From assembly GCA_030141605.1 (NCBI GenBank), contig JAQGDQ010000224.1, positions 186,001 to 250,000 of the forward strand: a DNA stretch of 64,000 bases. The letters run 5' to 3'. Positions within the stretch are counted from its first letter, which is position 1. Each line of letters opens with the position of its first letter. The position numbers were made by a program, and so were the translations under genes. The notes under the pieces were generated by a model. It was given only the letters and a program-made list of their open reading frames with translations. It had not been told where the DNA came from and searched no databases. This DNA comes from Tubiluchus corallicola. Lineage: Eukaryota > Animalia > Priapulida. This document shows positions 26,101 through 40,400 of this stretch, piece by piece.

Positions 26101-29100
26101 TTATGTTATCACTAGTTGTGCTTACTAGGTCTAAGATTATGTTTCTAAGTTAATGTTAATTATTAAAAAAACATTTTTGTTATAAATAATGAAATACTCG
26201 TGTTAGATCATTAGTTAACATGAAGCATGGTCTGATAAATCATTTTTGCTTTAAGTGAAAATATTCACGTAAAATGGTATTCTTAGTGTCGCAATCTTTT
26301 ATAAGTGCTGACTATGCCCTGATCATAAAGCGCAATGATACTCTGCTTCCATTATCATCTTGTTCTCCTCTTTGCAATGTCCGTCAAAGTATAAGAATAA
26401 CCGTCCAGTTACAAGAAGATTGAAAAAGTTGTTTTGACATTTTATACCAATACTGCCTTTTTGCATACAATGCTTGCATAGGCAGTAACACTGTAATAAA
26501 CATGTAAATTTAAACTTCCTGCGATGACTGTTAGACGCAGCCATTTTGACGATAAATCATTTGAAACAAGTTTAGATAACATTCTGTAAAGTTTGAAAAA
26601 ATAATTAGCGCATTTGTAGCGTCGCTAACTAAGTAAAATTTTAAATTAATGTATCTTGTCAATATGATCAGTAATGCTTTTTTTGGTTAATGAGTGGTCC
26701 ATTGTGGCAGATGAGGCAACGACTTTTTGCCAATTGGTGAAAACATTTTAAATAACTAATAATTTTCTTTGCTAATTACATAAATCTTTCAAGTAGGTAA
26801 ACAAAATGCTAAGTAATATAACTTTGCCTGAAAACTTTTTTGCGACATAGTTTAACATTTCGTTTTCTTGCTCTTATTTACGTTGTGCATATTTGACGTC
26901 GCATAACGGCGCAGGTTGGAACAGCGTTGTGAGAGATTTAAGATGAAAACAAACAGAAATTCCTCTCTATGCGAGTACTATATACTTGCTATAATATTGC
27001 TATAAAGTAATATAATTTTTAAGGTAATTTTTCTGAAACCTTTTTGGGTACCCCTTTTCTTGTCCTTTAATAGTGAATCAATTGTACATAAATGTTGCAA
27101 AATTGAAAAAAATTATATAATAAAAGTTTTTGCAAAAACAAGAAAAAACACTAATCAGATCTAAATTGGGGAAAAACGATTTTCCATACTGTGAGTAAGC
27201 ATTACAGCTTACTCATGACCAAACCAAATACACTGGCAGTTGAAAATAAGCATTGTGAATAAGATACTTCATATGTATGACATATATGTCTATTAATATC
27301 TATAGTAAATGTATCACCTGGTTTCTAGGCGGGATGGGTGGCCTGCAAGCTTTGGGTGGTCCCTCCAGTACAAGCTTGACATCATCTACATCGGCTCCAG
27401 CTAGGTCAGCTTCTACTACGTCTACAGCGGCATCACAGTCCGTTTCCAATGCCAGCACAACGCAAGCTGGCGCTACTGAAGAAGCCACTCCTAAACCACC
27501 CAGTGATGGAGCTGCCGCAATACAGTTAGGAGACTTGCAAGATATCTTAGCTGGCATACCAGGTGAGTGAGTTTCCTGCAAATCTTTTAAGCAATTTGTT
27601 TTTTTTTTTAGTTTGTGAATTAGCTGTTTATTTACGTTCTCTTTATGTCTGACAGTACTTGAAAATCAAGTACATGTTATACAATCTAATTTGATTTCAT
27701 AGTGGAATATGACGTAGATTTTTATGTTTGACTTACCGTATATACTCGCATATAAGCCTACATCGCATATAAGCCGACCCCCTAAAACTGCTTTAAAATG
27801 GCCAGTTTTTGCAAAAACCCGTATATAAGCCGACCATCAACTTGTCTAATTTTACTCCATACCCAATCAACAAAATTGATCCCTTTTTGTTAATTGGGTA
27901 TTTTTGGTTCATAGAAATTTTTTACTATAAAGATGTAAAATGCTTACTTTTATGTTACATACTAGAAGAAATAGAAGAAATTATACATTTTCATATGAAT
28001 AAAGAAGAAAATATTTTGTTTCCTATGTATTCACAAAAAATTATAACATTTCTGTTTATAATTTAACATAGTGCTCTTAAAAATAATTAGAAACCTTCAA
28101 AATCATTGTCACTACCACCCTCATCGTCTGACTCACCAAACAGCTTTCTCCATTCCTCTTTTGTGTACTGAACATTGTCATCATCCCACAGTACCACATC
28201 TGCATCATCTTCGCTGTCTGAGGCTGTTTCCTGAGTCTCCTCCTGCCACAGGTAGTCGTCTTCAGTGCCATCTAATTTGTTGCTAAATTATCAAAATTCA
28301 GCACACTTTTAAATTCTGTGGCCACATGCTCACGTTTGCCTCAGTTTGCCTCATTGGTTTGCTGTTCCTCTATAAGCCACGTGACCCTCGTCTCCCCACG
28401 CGCTGCCTACCAATTGGCTGATGACGTCGGCTTCACCACTAGCTGTAGCTTGATTACGGCTCGCAACTGGTGACACACAGTGGTGTATTGCTAAATAAAA
28501 AGTAGGTGGATGGCTAGTCTCAAGACTTACCATTTTACATTCGCAAATTTGAAAGAAATTGACATTATTTAAAACCGTTTTTTGAAAAAATGAAAACAAA
28601 TAGATTTAATATTAAACCCGTATACATTTTTAATATTTTTTATCTAATGAATACAAAAAGCAGACATTTATTGAAATGTGAATTTTTTCTAAAAAAAAAA
28701 GTGGGTGGACGGCGATCCATCACGATCCCCCTCCAATACACCACTGGTGACACACAACCAAATAAAGAGTCAGATAGCGATGAAAATGTGTGGCTGGAAA
28801 ATTGGCATTAGTGTCTGTCCTTGTGTTCATTTTGTTTCATGCGCATATAAGTCGACCCACTGATTTCAGTATTGTATTTTATAGTTCTAAATTCCGCTTA
28901 TATGCGAGCATATACGGTATATTTTTCACTTCTGAAAGTCATTACTTCAAATTTTCTATACTGACCAGTAATACGCATTACTGGTTTTACATTTTATTGT
29001 GTTCTAATCTGTTTACTTGTAGTTAAAGCACATTTTATTTCGGAAATGGCAGCTGTATTTTATTATCATTAATGCTTGTCGACTTATCATTAATGCTCTA

Positions 29101-32100
29101 TAATTATTTTTTGCTTTGAGAGTTTATTTTTTACCAGTTTTGAAATTTATTTCAGTGCCTCAAGGTGAATCGGCAAAGCCAGGTGAGTGTCTTCACATTT
29201 TTAATTATTTAATGCAAACTGACGATAAAGCTTAAGTAATTATTCGTGAAATCTGACGTAAAGTTTGTGAGCAGCTGATGGCTGACTTGCCTGCTTCCAG
29301 AATTGTACAAGCAAAACAACTAGGAATGATAGCAGATTGAAGCTCAAGTTCGGGTAGGCTTAGCTGATGCAATGGCATTACTCGGGTTTGGGCTAGGACA
29401 AGTGAGACCATGATTCTCACTATTAATTCTTGTGGCCTAACATAAATTACCGTATTTTCCCATGTATATACCCTTGTGTATAAGAGACCCCTTCAATTTT
29501 TAGGCAAAAATTCTGGAAAAAAGTTTTTTGGTAATGAATAACTTTATTCATCATAGAAATCATTAAATTAAGCAGAGAGCTTATGCAGATGCGTTGATTG
29601 GCTGCAGAACAATCGATTTCTCTCCAATACCAAAGAGACATTTAAAAAAATAATAACTTACCCGGTACATTAATTTTATCATTAGAATTTAGCCATGGAG
29701 AAGATTTATTGAAAGGAAACTATAATTATTCGAAATAAAACAGTTGTAGAGCACTTATTTCTTTAAAATCATTAGTGTCACAATTTATGCATCTTATTGA
29801 AAAGACTTACTCCCATGTATAAGAGACCCCCTATTTTTAAAGTGAAAATTCTGAGCAAAAAAGGGTCTCTTATACACGGGAAAATACGGTAGCTTCTTAG
29901 GTTTCTAACGCAGAATTTGCGAATTATATCCTAATTTTGTTGTTTTAACAAAACATTGATTGTCAATGTACTTATAAGGCATAAGTATTTGTTTATTGCA
30001 AAACAAATCTATTGAATTGACATATTATCATCACTGTGACCATTTTTATAAACAATTCTGTTTAGATGATGATCTGTTTAATTTTTCATGATACTTCTTT
30101 CTTGTTTTGTACTTCTGTACAGTGAAACAATTAAAATTTATTATATCTAAACCAGAAAACTTTTTTCTAATTGATCTTTCAAGACGTTTTCGCATGGCAC
30201 AAGTGACCATTTTAAAGCTACTTATGGAATTTAAAATTTGTTAAAAATGTGTGGCTTTGGTGATCTTCAAATCCATCAGTGCTTCAACAGTTGACTGTTA
30301 TTTATTAATCAAACTACTGGAAAGTGTTAAATATTCCAGTTATAATGCAATGATTCTCCTTGCAAAACAAAGCAATGAGCAAAGTAGCAAGAGAAAATGT
30401 TGCATGAGTGGTAGTACAGTGACATCTTTGGGTTGAGAGGAATAGCTGTGCTGTAGTTAAGCAACACCTGTCTGGTTCAGTAAACACATGGGCAACTGGC
30501 AGATTACTGCCTCTGGGTGCCTTACTGCGTCCTGGAATTTCTCCCATTCCGGACCGAATTAAACGCTCGAGTTTACTAATGTTTAATTATTTAATATTGC
30601 AACTAAAAATTTATAAAAACAAGTAGTTTTAACGTTAATTTTATTTGTGTTGTTTTTGCACGTAGATGTTGACCTGACAAGTTCATTTACTGCAGATAAT
30701 CTAACGCCGATTATTAACAATCCGGCGTTTCAAAACCAGTTGATACAGCTGATGCCAGAGGGCGCTGAGGTGCCACATACCCCAGAGGAACTCCGCGCTA
30801 CCATTCAGTCTCCTCAATTCCAACAGGTAAATTTAACGAACCATTTAGACGTTTTTCTTTAAACAGATGCGCCTGCAGTGAATTGTGTGTCTGCAAAAGA
30901 ATTAGACTAAGACAGAGCTCTTTGCTGTTGGGACATCAGCTGGGCCAATAATGAACAGAACTAGGCTAATGGGCTACTTTACACCAAGTGACGGTGCCAT
31001 AGCATCCCGACACGACATAGTAAGATGTAATAGCTTTCACGTTCTACACTCAGTTCGCAAATACTGAGGGTCTGCTACGTACGTACTTACCAATAGCTAA
31101 TAGCTGTAGCCTAGCCCTAGAGTGCCAGATTTTAAAGGGTCAGTGTTAAAGAATTTTTATTCTCCTTGGAAAGTGCGTATCCTCTCATATTCATGTAGTG
31201 CATTTTATACCTCGCCACATTTAGCTGTGCAATTACTACATACAGTATTAGCATTAGTATTAGTAAAAGTGATACATCACAAGCAGTTGCGCAGCATATC
31301 TAGATTTAAGCTCTATGTACATGTAATTAACAATAACTACTAGGTAATAGTGCTACTAAGACACCAATTTTTGCATTGCTGTTCATGTATAAACATCCAT
31401 AATAGAGATGGGTGGTACTGTACTACCAGGCTAGGGTACCATATTGTCTTGATACACTCCTGTAGGTGTCTACATAAGATCTACGTTCCTACAATAATTC
31501 TGATGTCTAAACAAAGTCTACAAATAGGAAATTAAGGTCTACAATAAATCTACAAAGTCAGTCTACAACACTGTTTTATTTATTTGTTTTGTTTGATGAC
31601 TTTTAGGCTTTGGGTACATTTTCTGCAGGCCTTCAGTCGGGACAACTTGGACCATTAATGTCGGAGTTTGAGCTTGGTGAGACTGTTGTTGCTGCCGCTG
31701 CACAGGGAGGTGTGTATTTTCTTACAAAATGAACTAGTACTTATATTACTAAGATTGGTTAATGTGTAAGTACATTAGAGGTACCACTGCTTTGGAATTG
31801 CATTTTAACTTTTCAGTGTATAAACTGTGCTGAAGTGCTTTTTAGATTCTAATCAACTATTAAACGTTATTTGCAAAATGTAGCAAATTATCACTATGTT
31901 TATTGAGCGATGACCGTTTCGGTTACTATAGACATTAAACTATAAATCTAGCCAAAAAAATAAATGATACGTTAATGATAAAAAGCCACAATCTGAAACT
32001 ACAAAACGACAATTGTCAAAATAAACGAGAATGTAACAGGAAGAAATGCAGAAAAATTCGTAGAAGCTGGTTCTTTCATGTATGTAACAAACTATATATA

Positions 32101-32958
32101 GAGTGCCCATTGTAAATGCGTAGCATTCAAAGGCAGTTTTTTCTTTGGATTTCTGGGCATGTGTGATATAGCTGCTTTACATTATGCACTTTTCCTTTTC
32201 TTCCTCTTTTCCTGCCTCACCCACTCTCCTGTTTTCTGCAGATCTCCAGCCAAAACCACGTTCCTCTAGAAAAAGAGAGTATTCATTTGATGATGATAGT
32301 TGTGTTGTGAAAAGACGGAGGCAAGACAGTCATTCTGATAGTCTGTCTGATGACAGTGACATTGGTAGGAGAAATTAGTCCCAGTCACATTATACAATCC
32401 ATTTCATTTAATATGTTTCACTTCACCCCCATGCAAGCGGGAATCCACCATTCAGTGGCAGGTCTGCTGAATGTGGATGGTTGTGGTAAGACCGGAAAGT
32501 GTCTCATTATCAATGCTGTGTCTTTAAAGTGATAAAATGAACCATTAAACCAACAGATGGGTCTTTACCTCATTCAGGTATCAATACATTCCCCTTCTGC
32601 AAGATAAAGCCACAGAATTAGTATGATAAACGAAACCCTAGAGTAAGAATGAAACTAGTTCACCCATCCATTTACTGACTAGCCTCAGCGCGATTTTTAA
32701 TTTCGTTCGCCAAGCATCATGTTATGATCACTTGATAGGCTTTAACATCCACTACTAATTTAGTTTGTTATAAGTAAAGTAAGTGAAATCAGAATTGATT
32801 TTCGTTTGTAATGCTTTACACTTGGCTTTGCAGATGTAGAAAAGTTTGTTCATGCACTGCAAGCTGCACTAAATGAAGAGAAAAAGCAAAGTGCGGAGGG
32901 GGAGTCGAGCAAGAAAGATGATGCTGATGAAGACGATGATGAAATGGCTTTAGATTAA
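23124..32958 (+). CDS. ADRM1: Proteasomal ubiquitin receptor ADRM1/Rpn13 (PRU and DEUBAD domains), 9 coding exons
   Basis: Exons 23124-23324, 24700-24819, 24933-25065, 25459-25521, 27329-27562, 29156-29182, 30666-30826, 31607-31709, 32834-32958. Motifs [61 protein letters not shown] and C-terminal DEMALD*. Confidence 0.95.
27736..28917. mobile_element. Tc1/mariner (pogo-like) non-autonomous element
   Basis: TIR CCGTATATACTCGCATATAAGC / GCTTATATGCGAGCATATACGG with TA on both sides, and subterminal TATAAGCCGAC repeats. Confidence 0.85.
29450..29889. mobile_element. Tc1/mariner-type MITE
   Basis: TIR CCGTATTTTCCCATGTATA / TATACACGGGAAAATACGG, TA TSD. Confidence 0.85.
30412..30570 (+). mobile_element. 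Possible degenerate 5S rRNA-derived SINE
   Basis: AGTTAAGCAACAC..GGTTCAGTA..ATGGGCAAC resembles the 5S internal promoter (box A, intermediate element, box C). Confidence 0.35.
32242..32364 (+). CDS. ADRM1: Candidate alternative ADRM1 cassette exon (or alternative last exon to stop 32378), NLS-like
   Basis: Long polypyrimidine tract and CAG at 32239-32241. The open phase-1 frame reads [41 protein letters not shown]. Donor G|GTAGGA follows 32364, and the length is 123 nt. Confidence 0.55.
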
Positions 32959-33451
32959 GATGGGTGGGAAGCCAGTTTTGTTAATTTGCACTTGGCTGTG
33001 CAGCCACTGTGCATTAGTGTGTAAATTGTATTGTTTCAATAAATATGTAATTTGCTCGAATTTTTGTTAGGCTTTAAAAGGTTTTGCTTTCTTTAATATC
33101 TGCTTGTGTGATTTATATGAAAATTGTGTACTTTGTTTAAAGTATTGTAACAAAGTTTTTATGAAAAATCGTTTTGTAGGGGTTTTTGAAACAGCAGTAA
33201 TTATTCTGTTGGAGAGATTTTTTATGAATTTGGTGATAAAGTTGCTGAGTGTTGACAAGTACTGCTGCTGGAATAATTGTAAAATGTTGTCAGTGATAAA
33301 TTAAAAAGTAAACTACAGAATTTTACTTAATGCATATATCCTTGATTCAGTACATATAATAAAATATCAAGGAAAAAGTAGTACAGATAGTGTGTGAAAA
33401 GTTTACTTTTCGTTTGTCAACTTGCAAACATCTAATAAATCTTCAGGTAAA

Positions 33452-35125
33452 TGTTTCATACAGTCAGTCTCCCAGCTACAGTGTTTCATATAGCCAGTCT
33501 CCAATTACAGTGTTTCATATGGGCAGCCTTCAGTTACAGTGTTTCATATTGCCAGCCTTCGGTTACAGTGTCTCATACTATCAGCCTTCAGTTACAGTAT
33601 CTCATACTGTCAGCCTTCAGTTACAGTGTCTCATACTGCCAGCCTTCAGTTACAGTATCTCATACTGCCAGCCTTCAGTTACAGTGTCTCATACTGTCAG
33701 CCTTCAGTTACAGTGTTTCATACTGCCAGCCTCCAGTTACAGTGTTTCATACTGTCAGCCTTCAGTTAGTGTTTCATACTGCCAGCCTTCAGTTACAGTG
33801 TTTCATACTGCCAGCCTTCCGTTACAGTATTTTACTGCCAGTCTTCAGTTACAATGTTTCATACTGCCAGCCTTCAGTTACAGTGTTTCATACTGCCAAC
33901 CTTCAGTTAGTGTTTCATACTGCCAACCTTCAGTTACAGTGTTTCATACTGTCAGCCTCCTGTTACAGTGTTTCATACTGTCAGCCTCCTGTTACAGTGT
34001 TTCATACTGTCAGCCTTCAGTTACAGTGTTTCATACTGTCAGCCTTTAGTTACAGTATCTCATACTGTCAGCCTTCAGTTACAGTGTTTCATACTGTCAG
34101 CCTCCTGTTACAGTGTTTCATACTGTCAGCCTTTAGTTACAGTGTTTCATACTGTCAGCCTTTAGTTACAGTATCTCATACTGTCAGCCTTCAGTTACAG
34201 TGTTTCATATTGTCAGCCTCCTGTTACAGTGTTTCATACTGCCAACCTTCAGTTACAGTGTTTCATACTGTCAGCCTCCTGTTACAGTGTTTCATACTGT
34301 CAGCCTCCTGTTACAGTGTTTCATACTGTCAGCCTTCAGTTACAGTGTTTCATACTGTCAGCCTTTAGTTACAGTATCTCATACTGCCAGCCTTCAGTTA
34401 TAGTGTTTCATACTGTCAGCCTCCAGTTACAGTGTTTCATACTGTCAGCCTTTAGTTACAGTATCTCATACTGTCAGCCTTCAGTTACAGTGTTTCATAC
34501 TGTCAGCCTTTAGTTACAGTTTCTCATACTGCCAGCTTTCAGTTACAGTGTTTCATACTGTCAGCCTCCTGTTACAGTGTTTCATACTGCCAGCCTCCAG
34601 TTACAGTGTTTCATACTGCCAGCCTTCAGTTACAGTATCTCATACTGCCAGCCTTCAGTTACAGTGTTTCATACTGTCAGCCTCCAGTTACAGTGTTTCA
34701 TACACTCAGCCTTTAGTTACAGTATCTCATACTGTCAGCCTTCAGTTACAGTGTTTCATACTGTCAGCCTTTAGTTACAGTTTCTCATACTGCCAGCTTT
34801 CAGTTACAGTGTTTCATACTGTCAGCCTCCTGTTACAGTGTTTCATACTGCCAGCCTCCAGTTACAGTATCTCATACTGTCAGCCTTTAGTTACAGTTTC
34901 TCATACTGCCAGCCTCCAGTTACAGTGTTTCATACTGCCAGCCTCCAGTTACAGTGTTTCATACTGCCAGCCTTCAGTTACAGTGTTTCATACTGCCAGC
35001 CTTCAGTTACAGTATCTCATACTGCCAGCCTCCAGTTACAGTGTTTCATACTGCCAGCCTTCAGTTACAGTATCTCATACTGCCAGCCTTCAGTTACAGT
35101 GTTTCATACTGTCAGCCTCCAGTTA
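33452..35125. repeat. 29-bp satellite, ~57 copies, between the ADRM1 and Staufen 3' ends
   Basis: Unit CAGTTACAGTGTTTCATACTGYCAGCCTT with recurrent variants. Confidence 0.98.
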
Positions 35126-37447
35126 GTCAGGTTCCACCTTTTTGTTTTTCCTGCCTTTCCGTTAAAATTTAATTTGAGAATTTCACAAATGTGGATTCAT
35201 TCCAGCATTACTCTAATAAATTTGAAATTTTTGCAGTCCTTTTTGAACTCATTCTGCACAAAACCACTTGAGCACTTCCTCAGTTTTGTTTATGCAAGTT
35301 TTTCTTGACAATCAGTCTGCATATTGTGCACACTCTGTGCTTTTCAAATTATTTTTATTGGCATCTGTAATTAATAATCAACTTTCACTCTTATGAACAA
35401 AATATGATCCAGTTTTGTGCCATAACCTAACATTTAAATCGAATCAGTCTGCTTTTAGATCACCAGTTACTCAGGACAGTCAATATTACATGCCACGAGA
35501 ACACCAAAACCCAAAAGCCGTTTGTGAAGCTAACAAAACGAACTTTATTTCAATATCTTAACGTGAACCAACAAAAGTCAGATAAGATTTCTGTTATATA
35601 ACCTCTTCAGCGCAACATCAGCATCGAATTATTTATAATAATAATTATAATAATAAATGAAGACAAACAAACCAATGGTAAAAATTCTAGCATAAACATG
35701 CTACAAATAAACATTGGGTAATTCCAACGACATACAGCAAAGGTCTGTAATAACTGTCGAGCACAAGTTTGTTCAACAAAAGTCGAGCACATACCGTACT
35801 GTAAAATCCAGAATTGCTTTGTTTGCTTAAAGGGTCAATCAAGTACAATTTATTTACACATTTTTTTCTGTCCACGAGTTTTTTAAGTGCAGTATGACCG
35901 TATGACGGTCAGTCGTAGATGCACTATGCATATGATTAGACATGAAGACAACGGACAACTAAACTGCAGTTCTTTTCACTCTGTCATGCTCTCGGGAAAC
36001 TAAAAATGTGGCCAGTTCATCCACACTACAATCACATGAAATATGAAATTAATAGTTATAACATTCTCAAAATGCTATCGTTTTGCAGTTTGTGCAAAAA
36101 TAATGTGGAACACAGCCGAATAAGAAATGCTAATAGTATAAGTAATATAACTAATTATCATACTTAATATAGTAATAGCAATTATCGAATGTTTATTGTA
36201 GCTATAAATATGATACCGTAGTAAAACAAGGTGGTCAATTCACCTTGCTCACCCAATGTCCATTAGTAGACTTGCTTATTGTCATAATTGGCCTGTTATT
36301 TCACAAAATGCAAATAACAAAGTTTAACTCTGCATTCTGTCTCACTCTTTCCTTAACAAATGCTTTAAATATACCAAAAGTAAACTCTTAATGGTTAGTC
36401 AATAGAAAGCAATCCACCAAATGGTACATACTAGAACCATTAACATTTAAAGATCAATAATTTTCTGCACAGAAGAAAATTACAAAAAATAGTAAAAGAA
36501 GAAAAAACAACAAAACTGGCAAACATGTAATTGCATAAGATTTTCAAACAAATTGAAGACTGCACTCTTCTGTACAAAGCGCTTACCATCTTGCGAACAT
36601 CATCGCAAGCTACATACTAGCTTTTTTAAAAATTTACACTACTAAATAATGTTAATAAATGATTTAACATCGCCCCGCGAACAACATCCGTGAAGCACAA
36701 CATCCGTGGTGTTTCAAGGATCCAAACTAAAAGTACATTACTATACTAAAAATTTCAAGCTTTTTGGCAACAGTTTGTTTTCGAATAATTCACCAAGATC
36801 ACTAACCTTGTATTTATACTGGGCGTACGAAAAGTCACTGTGCATTTTTTTAATCATGTCTTTTTATATTTCAGCTTTTGATCCAAACAAAATAACAAGG
36901 ACACAGACCTGTAATGATGCTAATGGGGTCACTTTCAATACTGTTTACAAATGTCATTCACATTTACCTCCTGTATGCTACATTGAAACATGTCTGTTAA
37001 TAAATACATAGGTGCACAGTGAGTTTCCAAACACACTGTATAAGACATTGCAAGAATCCTGAAACACTGAATAAACAAGATCTGACCAGAATATTTACAC
37101 CCCCTTGCAGATTGACACTGTCGACATGTGGACAAATTTGCATTTACTCCGACAAGTTACAAAACAATGTCACTGTAAATTACATGCAGATGTCAGGCTC
37201 ACGCATTCTTCAATTTGTTCAATACATTTAGGAAACTTGTAACTAATTAATTATTAAAACATCCATAGTGACTCATAAGAAAAGATGCGAAATGCCACAT
37301 TGTCGTTACGACAACAACAGAGTGTACTAGTCGTCTTCATATGTGATCAAAAGTTTCACACTGTCGTCATGGTGATAATACAAAATACTGCATCACCATT
37401 GGATGACATATTACATTATGAAGACAGTGTAAAATGTTGTGCTTCCT

Positions 37448-40400
37448 TTAGTTTATGCCCGTTTCAACTGTCTGGCCAGCAGGGGGAGACACTTGAGGTT
37501 CCACTTTAATTGACTGCTGCTGCTGTTTCTGTATATGAAGCCTGTTGAAAATAATACTTACTAAAAAGCAACTCATTATAATAAAATTGTGCATGTTTTG
37601 AAAAATAATTTTGAATTGTTTTGCTGTACACACAAATCTATGGATCTTTTGCACTTACTTGAGGGATGAGTTTTACAGGCAATTATTTTGCTCCTAACTC
37701 AAGTCTCCTGTGCAGACAAATGGGCTAGTATGCCAAAAATTACCGAACAAGTTCTGACATTCTACCATGTTAGATACTACCTCACTCGGACAACGAAGTC
37801 ATGGAAAACAAGATGTGTAGACAATTGAGTACACAGTGATTACAAACACTGCACAGCACTTGAACGACCTTACATTTTTGAAATCTAATGTATTTAGCTG
37901 CTACATCTCACATTTGTTGTACCTAAGTGCATTTAGCTAGTATACCTAATCCCTACATTTTATAATTCTCCATTGTTTCATCACCTTTCTACATCTCCAC
38001 ACTCATTACCTTCCAAGTTTCCTTAATTTTATCCTGCACTTCTGTTATTACATATTACCTGTTCAGCTAGAGAACTTGCAAGTTTACCTTTTGATCTGAG
38101 CGTAAAATTATTTGTAAAACTTAATCAAAATCAATCATTAGGCTATATATTATTAAAGAGTATTTCTAATGTTATTTCTATTTTTGTGTAAGATATTGCA
38201 GCCTCTGCACTTGGCTTTTGTAATAAATAAACAGTACAAACGATAAACTTACTGTCGTATTTTAATTAATTCCAGAAAAATGTGTGTATTTGTAATAAGG
38301 CAGTACTGGCAATGAATGATATAACTTTCTCTTGGCATTCTGTAGTACCAGGAGAAATCAAATCAAAGTTGTGACATGCTGACATACTGATTTTGGCTAG
38401 CCGAAGAAAACTCATCACATTCAGACATGTAGTTACAAAATACGACAACATTTATTATTACGAGGGAGACACTATATCACCAACTTGTACAATTTTGATC
38501 CACTTCACTTACCCGTCTCCACCGGCCAAATTTTTCTCTTGCTTAACGGCGTCTAGGCCGGTGTCAGCGAGAGCTCTGAGTGCAGTGAGAGCAGCATGAT
38601 CATGAGATGCTTCCAATGTCAACCCTGAACCATGACTCACTTGTGGTGGGGTTGTCGATAGAGAAACCAGTGAAAGATACTCACTTTTATTTCCCTATAA
38701 AGTATCATTAATGGAATAAATTTAGCCTGAGCAAATTTATGATAATGACTTCTAAGTATATTGTGTCTGCATACACATACGCGCACGCACACAGACTTAC
38801 AAAACTAGTTAATCACTTAGCCATACCTTGGGAAAATCTGTAAATTCAACTTGAAATCCCAGAACATTGGCTAGGTAAATTAGCTGCTGTTTTGGCCGGA
38901 CGACAGGGTGACTGACTGGTTGTCGATTCTCTAGAATTGTTTCAGCAGTTGGAGAAGAACCTTTAAAATAAAACTGAATGTAAGTGTTTATCAAGAAGTG
39001 ATCCAAAAGAATGTTTGGTAGAATCACACTTGTGATGCCATGAAACCTGTTGTGTTAAAGCAAAACTTAACATGTAAGTTTAACACTTGACCGTGCTAGC
39101 TTAACATGTAACTAGCGAAACATGTAACAGCGAAAAACTAGGGTGCATGAATGCAAAATTATGTTTCTGTGGTAGCAGTTATTTATGAAAGTCATTCTTA
39201 AAAAACAGCATGTTTCCTTTCAATAGTGTTATAGTGTTTGTAGTTATAATTTCAGATGAGGTCTTTCTTTAAGCACCAGTAGTGCAATCACATGAAAAGA
39301 TTTTCAAGCAATAGTAGAACTTTTGTATAACCACATACCTTTATCAAGAAGTTCTCGAGCGATGGTGGAACTTGTTTGTGGACAATACTTATTAGACATC
39401 ATATCTCCCATACCAAATGTCCTGTTCACGTTAGTGTCTATAACGAGTATGAAATATGTAAGTTCACTTTGACTACTGACAATATGTATTATTAAGTTTA
39501 ATCGCTTTTAACATATCCAGTATAAAACAAGTAACAGTTACTTACTGTGTCCATATGTCATGTGTTGAGCTGAGTCAGGCATCAGTAATAAACCTGGAAC
39601 CAACTGCCTACCACCACCACTCTCTTTATGCATTCCTAATTGACAGATTAAATCATGATAATTAGGCTCAAGGTTCAACATTTACAAGTAACCAGGTGAA
39701 AAATGTATGAGAAGTAATTAAATATAATTAAAGTAAATTATCATAACAACTACGACGTTCAAAACAAATTCAAGACAACACTTTGACAACTTTTTCTATA
39801 TTCCTTCAGTTCCACTGTTATTGATGATTAAGAACTACTGAAATTTGTTCATGACTCATTAAATGTAGTAAAGTTGATCACAGAGTCTCCTATGCAGACC
39901 ATGTATGGATTTTCTTCACACATGTTGTAACATTAGTATCTAAATTACTTTCTTAATATCTTAAAACAAAACCACTTTTAGGAATACATTTTAGAAAAAA
40001 GTGGAATTGGTTAACCAGAGCACTATACAAACTGACATTAAGTGCTTAACTCGGACAATAGTTAGTTACTGTTCCAGCGACAATGAGTAATACACTTCTG
40101 TATGATGTAAAGACAGTGTACAATACTGTACTCAGTGTTTACCCAATTTTACTAAGGTTTTAGAGCAAAAAAATGTTGAAACGATTCTATTGGACAAGTG
40201 AAATGAAGTTTATATTTCACGAAACCTTTATTCAACTAAAGTTTTAATTAGTACTAATGTTCTAATGAATTAAAACTTGGAAAACTTCAAGCACTACAAA
40301 CAAATAGACTACATATCATGCACATTACATAGCAGAAAACATTAGCCACAATGACGTCGCAGTTGTGAGTGTCATAAATTAACTCACCATCCTGATCAAC

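Noticed and set aside
33390-35308. Overlapping ORFs in the 29-bp satellite
   Set aside because: Frames cycle through the same repeat; not a gene.
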